Assembly (NCBI GenBank): GCA_031263025.1
Contig: JAISGO010000036.1
Location: 1 to 48,042, forward strand
Length of the DNA stretch: 48,042 bases
Source of the DNA: Coriobacteriales bacterium
Lineage (GTDB): Bacteria > Actinomycetota > Coriobacteriia > Coriobacteriales > UBA8131
Direction: 5' to 3'
Shown: positions 1-7,777 of the stretch, piece after piece
Position numbering within the stretch: position 1 is the first letter of the stretch
Layout: every line of letters begins with the position of its first letter
Notes under the pieces: model-generated
What the model was told of the DNA's origin: nothing
Seen by the model: only the letters and a program-made list of their open reading frames with translations
Database searches by the model: none
Program-made: the position numbers and the translations under genes

Positions 1-699
<699 letters not shown>

Positions 700-813
700 C
701 GCTCTTATTGTGTATAATTTGTTTTCGCGTGCCTGCACGTATAGTTGCCCGTGCGCCATTTGCAACTTGAAAACCTATAGAATGTCCGAATTGCAGTATT
801 CGTATGAATGTTA

Positions 814-931
814 TGCGCAGGATATCCTGCCTTAGGCAGAGGGATGTCTTTTTGAGCGAGGGGAGTTACCTTGCGGTATCGACCGAGCGAGGAAAGCATC
901 GCGATCCAGCATAAGGCAGAATAGACAAGCA
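814..931 (+). repeat. Long-hairpin element, subtype A, diverged copy 1 (upstream of tRNA-Thr)
   Basis: TGCGCAGGATAT-cctgcctta...GGAGTTACCTTGCGGTATCGAC...taaggcaga-ATAGACAAGCA; arms ctgcctta/taaggcag are complementary. Confidence 0.85.
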
Positions 932-937
932 GAACGT

Positions 938-1013
938 GCCTGTGTAGCTCAGTAGGTAGAGCACATCGTTGGTAACGATGAGGTCACCGGTTCAAATCCG
1001 GTCGCAGGCTCCA
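938..1013 (+). tRNA. tRNA-Thr(GGT)
   Basis: Cloverleaf GCCTGTG...CGCAGGC-T-CCA; anticodon arm CATCG-TTGGTAA-CGATG; T arm GGTTCAAATCC. Confidence 0.97.
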
Positions 1014-1041
1014 TTTTTTTCAAGTTAGACAAGCAAAATAT

Positions 1042-1126
1042 GGGGGTGTGCCCGAGTGGTTAAAGGGGACGGGCTGTAAACCCGTTAGCTATGCTTACTA
1101 AGGTTCGAATCCTTACGCCCCCACCA
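1042..1126 (+). tRNA. tRNA-Tyr(GTA)
   Basis: GGGGGTG...CGCCCCC-A-CCA; anticodon arm ACGGG-CTGTAAA-CCCGT; long variable arm. Confidence 0.97.
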
Positions 1127-1195
1127 TTGAAGTTTGCCATGCAGTCTGAAAAACATCAGAGACTCAAGCAGTATTCCCAACCAGGTTAGTCCGGG

Positions 1196-1670
1196 TTGCG
1201 CCGGATATTTTGTTCCAGACAAGGAGACAAGATTTTTTGTGAAAGGAGTTACCTAGGCGGTAATGACTGAACAAAAAATCGCAGTCGACGCAGCATGGGA
1301 TGAAATAGACAAGCAAGGTTGCGTAGGATATTTTCGTTTAGACAAGAAGACAAGGAAAATCGCGCCGGGAGTTACCTTGCGGTATCGACCAAGCAATTTC
1401 CGCAGTGGCCTTGTATCGTGCAAGATAAGAAGTTATTGCGCAGGATATTTTCGTTTAGACAAGGAGACAAGGAAAATCGTGCCGGGAGTTACCTTGCGGT
1501 ATCGACCAAGCGATTTCCGCAGGGCCTTGTATCGTGCAAGATAAGAAGTTATTGCGCAGGATATTTTCGTTTAGACAAGGAGACAAGGAAAATCGCGCCG
1601 GGAGTTACCTTGTGGTATCGACCAAGCGATTTTCCGCAGTCGACGCAGTATAAACGAAAATAGACAAGCA
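1196..1670 (+). repeat. Tandem array of four subtype-A long-hairpin elements between tRNA-Tyr and tRNA-Met
   Basis: Units start TTGCG(C/T)(A/C)GGATATTTT at 1196, 1319, 1436 and 1552 (periods 123/117/116); each has GGAGTTACC-N4/5-GGTA(A/T)(T/C)GAC; units 2 and 3 are 3'-truncated and followed by a ~30-nt linker. Confidence 0.95.
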
Positions 1671-1675
1671 AGAAT

Positions 1676-1752
1676 GGCGGTGTAGCTCAGTTGGTCAGAG
1701 CACACGGTTCATACCCGTGGCGTCATTGGTTCGAATCCAATCACCGCTACCA
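1676..1752 (+). tRNA. tRNA-Met(CAT), elongator type
   Basis: GGCGGTG...CACCGCT-A-CCA; anticodon arm CACGG-TTCATAC-CCGTG; paired 1-72 and no GGG/CCC initiator stem. Confidence 0.93.
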
Positions 1753-1838
1753 AGTTCTACCACGGCCGCTACCTATTCGTTAGAATAGAGCTACAGCCTT
1801 TCATCTTTAGACCTTAATTATCTCATAGGAGGAAAACT

Positions 1839-3044
1839 ATGGCAGAAAAAGAACATTTCGACCGCAGTAAGCCGCATGTCAACATCGGCACCATCGGCCA
1901 CGTCGACCACGGTAAAACCACGTTGACGGCGGCCATCTCCAAGACCCTTTCGGAGAATGACGGCAGCCACGGCACCGCCACCGCCGACTACACTGCTTTC
2001 GAGGACATCGACAAGGCTCCCGAGGAGCGCGAGCGCGGTATCACCATCAGCATCGCCCACATCGAGTACCAGACCGACAAGCGTCATTACGCCCACGTTG
2101 ACTGCCCCGGCCATGCCGATTACGTCAAGAACATGATCACCGGTGCGGCCCAGATGGACGGCGCCATCTTGGTTATCGCCGCCACCGACGGCCCGATGGC
2201 CCAGACTCGCGAGCATATCCTGCTGGCCCGCCAGGTCGGCGTGCCCTACATCGTGGTCTTCCTCAACAAGTGCGATATGGTCGACGACGAGGAGCTACTC
2301 GAGTTGGTCGAGATGGAAGTGCGTGAGCTCTTGAGCTCCTATGACTTCCCGGGCGACGAGACCCCGATCATCCGTGGTTCGGCGCTTAAGGCCCTCGAGG
2401 GCGACAAGGATGCCCAGGACAAGATCTGGGACTTGATGGACACCATCGACGAGTACATCCCCACCCCCAAGCGCGACAACGAGAAGCCTTTCCTGATGGC
2501 GATTGAGGATATCTTCACCATCACCGGTCGCGGCACCGTGGCCACCGGACGTATCGAGCGCGGCGTGATCAAGGTCAATGACGAAGTTGAGATCGTCGGC
2601 ATCAAGGAGACCGAGAAAACGGTCTGCACCGGTGTCGAGATGTTCCGCAAGATCCTTGACGAGGGCGAGGCTGGCGATAACGTCGGCATCCTGCTGCGCG
2701 GTACCAAGCGCGAGGACATCATCCGCGGACAGGTGCTCTGTAAGCCCGGCAGCGTGACCCCGCATACCAAGTTCAAGGGCCAGGTCTACATCCTGACCAA
2801 GGACGAGGGCGGGCGCCACACCCCATTCTTCACCGGTTATCGTCCGCAGTTCTACTTCCGTACCACCGACGTCACTGGTGTGGTCGATCTGCCTGAGGGC
2901 ACCGAGATGGTGATGCCGGGCGAGAACGTCGAGATCACCGGCACCCTGATTCACCCGATTGCCATGGAAGAGGGCCTACGCTTCGCTATCCGTGAAGGCG
3001 GCCGCACCGTCGGCTCGGGCAAGGTTTCCGAGATCATCGAGTAA
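1839..3044 (+). CDS. tuf: Elongation factor Tu
   Basis: [43 protein letters not shown]; SD AGGAGG upstream. Confidence 0.99.
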   Translation: MAEKEHFDRSKPHVNIGTIGHVDHGKTTLTAAISKTLSENDGSHGTATADYTAFEDIDKAPEERERGITISIAHIEYQTDKRHYAHVDCPGHADYVKNMITGAAQMDGAILVIAATDGPMAQTREHILLARQVGVPYIVVFLNKCDMVDDEELLELVEMEVRELLSSYDFPGDETPIIRGSALKALEGDKDAQDKIWDLMDTIDEYIPTPKRDNEKPFLMAIEDIFTITGRGTVATGRIERGVIKVNDEVEIVGIKETEKTVCTGVEMFRKILDEGEAGDNVGILLRGTKREDIIRGQVLCKPGSVTPHTKFKGQVYILTKDEGGRHTPFFTGYRPQFYFRTTDVTGVVDLPEGTEMVMPGENVEITGTLIHPIAMEEGLRFAIREGGRTVGSGKVSEIIE

Positions 3045-3063
3045 AGGACATTCCATAGTCGAA

Positions 3064-3166
3064 GGGTTGTGTCGCAGGTTTGCTGCGGCACAACCCGGGC
3101 ACAGGATGAAAGTTTAGATGTGGCGAGCGTAATGCCACCCACGCGCTCGTCACATCTAAACTTTCA
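3064..3166. other. Two strong stem-loops between tuf and rpmG
   Basis: GGGTTGTGTCGCAG/CTGCGGCACAACCC (3064-3096) and TGAAAGTTTAGATGTGGCGAGCG/CGCTCGTCACATCTAAACTTTCA (3107-3166). Confidence 0.7.
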
Positions 3167-3198
3167 GAAACTGTGGAGAGAGTAAGAGAGAAGAGAAG

Positions 3199-3348
3199 AT
3201 GCGCAACCAGGTTACTATGGCTTGCACCGAGTGCAAACGCCGTAACTATACCACCACCAAGAACAAACAGCTCCATCCGGATCGTTTGGAGTTCAAGAAG
3301 TATTGTCCTTGGTGCAATACCCATACCCTGCATAAGGAGACGAGATAG
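3199..3348 (+). CDS. rpmG: 50S ribosomal protein L33 (Zn-ribbon form); too short for the ORF track
   Basis: Manual translation [49 protein letters not shown]; canonical position before tRNA-Trp-secE. Confidence 0.97.
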   Translation: MRNQVTMACTECKRRNYTTTKNKQLHPDRLEFKKYCPWCNTHTLHKETR

Positions 3349-3358
3349 GGGAGAACAC

Positions 3359-3435
3359 AGGCCAGTAGCTCCAATTGGTAGAGCGGCGGTCTCCAAAACC
3401 GTTTGTTGGGGGTTCGAGTCCCTCCTGGCCTGCCA
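3359..3435 (+). tRNA. tRNA-Trp(CCA)
   Basis: AGGCCAG...CTGGCCT-G-CCA; anticodon arm GCGGT-CTCCAAA-ACCGT; lies between rpmG and secE. Confidence 0.97.
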
Positions 3436-3459
3436 ATTCTACTTAGCCCAAGATAAACT

Positions 3460-3882
3460 ATGGCACAGAAGAAACGTAGAAACAAACACAACAAGGCGAA
3501 TCCGAGCGACCAGGCCCAGGCCCAGCCGCAAGTCGGCGTTGCGCCCAAGTCCGCTGCGGCGGACAAGGAAGCGGTTAAGCCTAAACCAGCAGCTAAGCCT
3601 AAGGCGGACAAGAAAGCAAAACACCAGCCCTCTAAAGCTGAGCTGAAGGCAAAAGCTAAGCAAAAAGCCGAGAAGAAGCCCGGCATCTTCAGCCGGATCA
3701 TCAATTATTTCAAGGGCGTCAAGGGTGAGGTGATCCGTACTACTTGGCCGACCCGCCATGAGGTCTGGAATATGACCGTGATCGTGGTGGTAGCCCTGCT
3801 CTTCTTCGGTATCCTGATTTTCCTGCTCGACCAGCTGATGGTGGTCATCCTCAATTGGGCTAGTAGCCTGATGGGCTCTTAG
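3460..3882 (+). CDS. secE: Preprotein translocase subunit SecE with long Lys/Ala-rich N-terminus
   Basis: YFKGVKGEVIRTTWPTRHE motif followed by a single TM helix; upstream of nusG. Confidence 0.93.
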   Translation: MAQKKRRNKHNKANPSDQAQAQPQVGVAPKSAAADKEAVKPKPAAKPKADKKAKHQPSKAELKAKAKQKAEKKPGIFSRIINYFKGVKGEVIRTTWPTRHEVWNMTVIVVVALLFFGILIFLLDQLMVVILNWASSLMGS

Positions 3883-3895
3883 GCAGTAGGGCAGC

Positions 3896-4426
3896 ATGGC
3901 AAAACACTGGTATATCGCACACACGTATTCAGGCTACGAGAACAAGGTCAAGAGCGCGATTGAGCATCTGGCCGATAATCTCGGTCTGGCCGATCAGATC
4001 CGTAAGGTTGAGATTCCCACTGAGTCGGTGGTGGAGATCAAAGACGGCGGTGAGCGTATCCAGAAGGAGGCCAAGGTCTTCCCTGGTTATGTGCTGATCA
4101 GGGCCGAGATGACCAATGAGGTTTGGCAGGCCATCCGTAATATCGATGGCGTCTCCGGCTTCGTCGGCGCTGGCGGTAAGCCTGCGCCCCTTACCCACGA
4201 ACAATACAACAAGATCGCCAAGAAGACCGACCGCAAGGCCCCGACCAAGACCTCGGTATCTTTCAAGGTGGGTCAAGTGGTTAAGGTCACCGACGGCCCC
4301 TTTGCGGAGTTCGATGCGACTATCTCCGAAGTCAACGCCGAGACTGGTAAGATCAAGGTTCTGGTCTCCATCTTCGGCCGCGAGACCCCGGTGGAGCTTA
4401 ACTTCTCCCAGATCGTGAAGGTTTGA
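3896..4426 (+). CDS. nusG: Transcription termination/antitermination factor NusG
   Basis: [27 protein letters not shown] motif GPFAEF...[14 protein letters not shown]. Confidence 0.98.
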   Translation: MAKHWYIAHTYSGYENKVKSAIEHLADNLGLADQIRKVEIPTESVVEIKDGGERIQKEAKVFPGYVLIRAEMTNEVWQAIRNIDGVSGFVGAGGKPAPLTHEQYNKIAKKTDRKAPTKTSVSFKVGQVVKVTDGPFAEFDATISEVNAETGKIKVLVSIFGRETPVELNFSQIVKV

Positions 4427-4528
4427 AAACCCGCTATTTGGCCGCTTTCGACCTTGTCAAGCCCTCTATTATCCTAGAGTAGCTGCAAATCTTGTCAAGA
4501 CTGAGCCCGACTCGAATATCGAGTTTTC
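4426..4528 (-). repeat. Long-hairpin element, subtype B, diverged minus-strand copy abutting the nusG stop
   Basis: Reverse complement gaaaactc-GATAT-tcgag...GCAGCTACTCTAGGATAATAGAG...gcggccaa-ATAG-cgggttttc aligns with the copies at 20297 and 21845. Confidence 0.7.
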
Positions 4529-4632
4529 GTTAAAATACAATGAGTCATTTACGCCGCCCGGGCCAGCCTGCTCAGCTTGTCTGGGGCTTCTCGGCGTGAG
4601 AGATATAGACAAACAGAGTTAAGGAAAAGACA

Positions 4633-5169
4633 ATGGCAAAGAAGATCGATAGCACTGCCAAGTTGCAGATCGAAGCCGGTAAGGCCACTCCGGCACCGCC
4701 CGTTGGCTCCATTTTGGGTGCCAAGGGCGTTAATATCCAACAGTTCGTTCAACAGTTCAATGCGCAGACCGCTGACATGGGCAACGACATTATCCCGGTG
4801 GCCATCACCATCTATGAGGATAAGACCTTTGATTTCGTGCTCAAGACCCCGCCAGCCGCCTATCTGATCAAACAGGCGCTAGGCCTTGAGCATGGCTCTG
4901 GTGAGCCGCATATCGAGAAGGTCGGCCAGCTCAGCAAAGACCAGTTGCGTGAGATCGCCGAGAAGAAGATGCCCGACCTCAACGCCAACGACATCGAAGC
5001 TGCGATGAAGGTCGTACAGGGCACCGCTCGTTCGATGGGTGTCCGGGTCGAAGGTGTTGCGGACACCGGCACTTATCTGCAGAAGCGCAAGAACATCGTC
5101 GAGGAAACGCTGCCAGAGGCCGCTGCGGACGAGGCAGCCGAGGGCGAGGCCGAAGCCGCCGCTGCATAG
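4633..5169 (+). CDS. rplK: 50S ribosomal protein L11 with C-terminal extension
   Basis: [43 protein letters not shown]. Confidence 0.98.
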   Translation: MAKKIDSTAKLQIEAGKATPAPPVGSILGAKGVNIQQFVQQFNAQTADMGNDIIPVAITIYEDKTFDFVLKTPPAAYLIKQALGLEHGSGEPHIEKVGQLSKDQLREIAEKKMPDLNANDIEAAMKVVQGTARSMGVRVEGVADTGTYLQKRKNIVEETLPEAAADEAAEGEAEAAAA

Positions 5170-5175
5170 ATTTAA

Positions 5176-5216
5176 TGTATCAAAGGAGTGTATCAAATGA
5201 AACGTCCCTTTGATAC
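5176..5216. repeat. TGTATCAAA...TTTGATAC palindromic unit (REP-like), also at 14521-14670
   Basis: TGTATCAAATGAAACGTCCCTTTGATAC (5189-5216) versus TGTATCAAATGAAACGGGCCATTGATAC (14640-14667). Confidence 0.6.
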
Positions 5217-5233
5217 GTCCAATAAGGAAAATC

Positions 5234-5265
5234 GTAGCAGGGCCCTTGACAGCCCGTTTAACTAC
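5234..5265 (+). promoter_or_regulatory. Putative L1 autoregulatory mRNA structure upstream of rplA
   Basis: GTAG-CA-GGGC-ccttgaca-GCCC-GTTTAA-CTAC: two stems with an asymmetric internal loop just before the rplA SD; resembles actinobacterial L1-binding sites. Confidence 0.55.
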
Positions 5266-5285
5266 AAGTTCGAAAGGAACCTACC

Positions 5286-5966
5286 ATGTCAAGATTGACC
5301 AAGAAGCAAAAAGCTTACGCTGAGAAGTGGGACAAGCATGCTTTCTATCCGGCGGAGCAGGCAGTCGCCTTGACCAAGGAGCTAGCCAGCGCCAAGTTCG
5401 ATGAGACCATTGAGGCCCATTTTCGTCTAGGTATCGACACCCGCCAAGCCGACCAGCAGATCCGCGGCTCGATTTCCCTGCCCAACGGCACCGGCAAGAC
5501 CGTGCGAGTGGCCGTCTTCGCAGAGGGCGCCGAGGCCGACGCCGCTATTGAGGCAGGCGCCGATCTGGTGGGCTCGGATGATCTGATCAGCCAGATCCAA
5601 GGTGGCATGCTCGACTTTGACGCTACTGTAGCCACGCCGGCGATGATGCCGAAGGTCGGTAAACTCGGTCGTATCCTCGGCACCCGTGGCCTGATGCCCA
5701 ATCCCAAATTGGGCACGGTGACCAATGAAGTCGCCAAGATCGTGGGTGAGCTCAAGGCTGGCCGGGTCGAGTATCGTGCAGACAAGTTCGGTATCTGCCA
5801 TGTGCCGATCGGCAAGGCCTCCTTCGAAACCGAACAGCTGCTTGGCAACTACACCGCCCTCTATGATGAGATCGTTCGGGTCAAGCCGGCTTCGGCTAAG
5901 GGGCGCTATATCAAGTCGATTGTGCTGGCTTCGACGATGGGCCCTGGCGTAGCGGTGGAAATTTAG
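5286..5966 (+). CDS. rplA: 50S ribosomal protein L1
   Basis: [45 protein letters not shown]. Confidence 0.99.
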   Translation: MSRLTKKQKAYAEKWDKHAFYPAEQAVALTKELASAKFDETIEAHFRLGIDTRQADQQIRGSISLPNGTGKTVRVAVFAEGAEADAAIEAGADLVGSDDLISQIQGGMLDFDATVATPAMMPKVGKLGRILGTRGLMPNPKLGTVTNEVAKIVGELKAGRVEYRADKFGICHVPIGKASFETEQLLGNYTALYDEIVRVKPASAKGRYIKSIVLASTMGPGVAVEI

Positions 5967-6000
5967 AGCAGGTCGCTCTTACGCAAGAAAAGCTCCAAGG

Positions 6001-6022
6001 GGGACAGCTTGCAAGCTGTCCC
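6001..6022. terminator. Perfect palindrome between convergent rplA and mtaB
   Basis: GGGACAGCTTG/CAAGCTGTCCC; no adjacent U-tract. Confidence 0.45.
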
Positions 6023-6066
6023 TGTGGGGGATTTAGGCTATCTAGCGGAAGCGAATGACAAAAAAG

Positions 6067-7248
6067 CTATAAAACCATCTCAATTAAATCGCCCGGGCGC
6101 GCCTGCCTGGGCGTTTTTATTTTATGGTAACTTTCGCTGGTGCCGAGGCCTGTCCTCTCAACGACAACGCGCTCGCGGTTGCCAGCGCGGCTGGCCAAAT
6201 CGGTAGCCCTAAGGTGCTGGCCTAAATTGCGCAGGGCCTGGGAGCGTGCGATTTTGACCGCTTCATCAACTTGATCGGGCATGTTGGCAGCAGGGGTGCC
6301 ACGCCTTGCTGAGTAGCGGAAGACATGGATCTTACTGAAAGCACAGGCTTGGCAAAGCTCAATGGTGTCAGCGAAATCGCTTTCGCTTTCGCCCGGCAGC
6401 CCGACGATGACATCGCTGGAAAGCGCGACCTTGGGAATACGGCTGCGGATACGCTTGACCAAAGTAAGGTAGAAATCCCGGTCATAGGGCCGAGACATGT
6501 TGTGCAAGATACGATCAGAGCCGCTCTGCAGGGGGATGTGCAGGTGGCGGCAGATCCGCCCGTCTGATTCTGCGATCAGATCAACCAAGTCTTGCTTAAG
6601 ATTAGTCGGCTCAATCGAGGAGAGGCGGATGCGTCCCCGTCCGAGCCTAGGTAAGCAGAGCCGAAGCAGTGCAGCGAGGTCGAGGTCGCCGTCTCGGTAG
6701 GCCCCCAAATCGATCCCGGTGAAGACGGTCTCGCCATCTGGCCAGTGGGAAAGCCCGTCTAAGACTTTTGCTACAGGTAGTGAACGGGCCCCGCCCCGGG
6801 CTTTGCGCACGATGCAATAGGCGCAGTCGTGCCCACAGCCATCTTGGATCTTGAGGTCGTGACGGACGCGGGCAGCAGGAGGGGGGAGCACTTCACTAAG
6901 TGTGCCTGGCTCCTGCTGTCCGCTTGCTTCGAAGGTAATTTGCCTCAGCTTCGCGCCGAGCGCTGCCTTGTCGCCGATGGACTCAAAGTCCGCGAAGTCT
7001 GCCGGATCGATGTTGACGGCGCAGCCGGTGACCATGATACGCGCCTTGGGGTTGTGGCGGCGAGCGTGGTGGGCGGCCTTGCGTGATTTGCGGGCTGCTT
7101 CAGAAGTGACCGTACAGGTATTGACCACGATCAAATCGGCGTCCGCGAGCCCGCCGCGCTCGAGCCCCTGCGCCTCTAAGAGCGCCTCGAGGTGGTCGCT
7201 TTCGGAGCGGTTGACCCGACAGCCCAAGTTGTAAACGTAGAACTTCAC
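6067..7248 (-). CDS. mtaB: tRNA t6A37 methylthiotransferase MtaB-like (radical SAM)
   Basis: NLGCRVNRSES, VNTCTVT, LKIQDGCGHDCAYCIV (CxxxCxxC), RIRLSSIEP, HLHIPLQSGSD. Confidence 0.88.
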   Translation of the reverse strand: MKFYVYNLGCRVNRSESDHLEALLEAQGLERGGLADADLIVVNTCTVTSEAARKSRKAAHHARRHNPKARIMVTGCAVNIDPADFADFESIGDKAALGAKLRQITFEASGQQEPGTLSEVLPPPAARVRHDLKIQDGCGHDCAYCIVRKARGGARSLPVAKVLDGLSHWPDGETVFTGIDLGAYRDGDLDLAALLRLCLPRLGRGRIRLSSIEPTNLKQDLVDLIAESDGRICRHLHIPLQSGSDRILHNMSRPYDRDFYLTLVKRIRSRIPKVALSSDVIVGLPGESESDFADTIELCQACAFSKIHVFRYSARRGTPAANMPDQVDEAVKIARSQALRNLGQHLRATDLASRAGNRERVVVERTGLGTSESYHKIKTPRQARPGDLIEMVL

Positions 7249-7339
7249 TATCGCAGGATTATACCAGCATGCGTAGACGACGTTTTCACTGCTCCCTTTA
7301 GATGGCCCCGGATTTCCCCAAAAGCCTTATACTGCAAGG

Positions 7340-7768
7340 GTGAATATATTGCTAGACAACCGCTCGAGTTGGCCCGACTTGACCTGCGACCTCTACCAAG
7401 AATGGGCGCGTCGGGTTCTTGTGGCCGAAAAGCAGGCGGACACGGTCGAACTTTCCATTTCCTTAGTGGACGAAGCGGAGATCCAAGCCCTGAACCAGCG
7501 CTGGCGTCAGATTGATGCGCCTACCGACGTGTTGTCTTTTGAATGCGATGCCCAGATGTTGGGGGACGTGGTTATCTGTCCGGCGGTGGCGGCACAGCAT
7601 GCGCGTGATTTCGATTCAAGTTTTCCCGCCGAGATGGGTTTGATGCTTACACACGGTATCCTACATTTGCTTGGTTATGACCATATCGAGGATGACCAGG
7701 CCGCCGTGATGGAGGCCCGTGAAAATGAGCTGCTAGGTCAATGCGGTATAATAAGCAGTTCCCGATGA
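7340..7768 (+). CDS. ybeY: rRNA maturation endoribonuclease YbeY
   Basis: PTDVLSF, LGDVVIC, HGILHLLGYDH. Confidence 0.96.
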   Translation: MNILLDNRSSWPDLTCDLYQEWARRVLVAEKQADTVELSISLVDEAEIQALNQRWRQIDAPTDVLSFECDAQMLGDVVICPAVAAQHARDFDSSFPAEMGLMLTHGILHLLGYDHIEDDQAAVMEARENELLGQCGIISSSR

Positions 7769-7777
7769 GGAAGATCT

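Noticed and set aside
1263-1663. ORFs 1263-1544 and 1319-1663 with repeated peptide (GYFRLDKETRKI)
   Set aside because: They are translations of the nucleotide repeat. Conservation follows base pairing rather than codons, and the frame shifts between units.
1196-1670. CRISPR array
   Set aside because: Units are ~117 nt and near-identical along their length, with no unique spacers and no cas genes in the window.
3173-3704. ORFs 3173-3646 (+) and 3246-3704 (-)
   Set aside because: They overlap rpmG, tRNA-Trp and secE, which explain the region.
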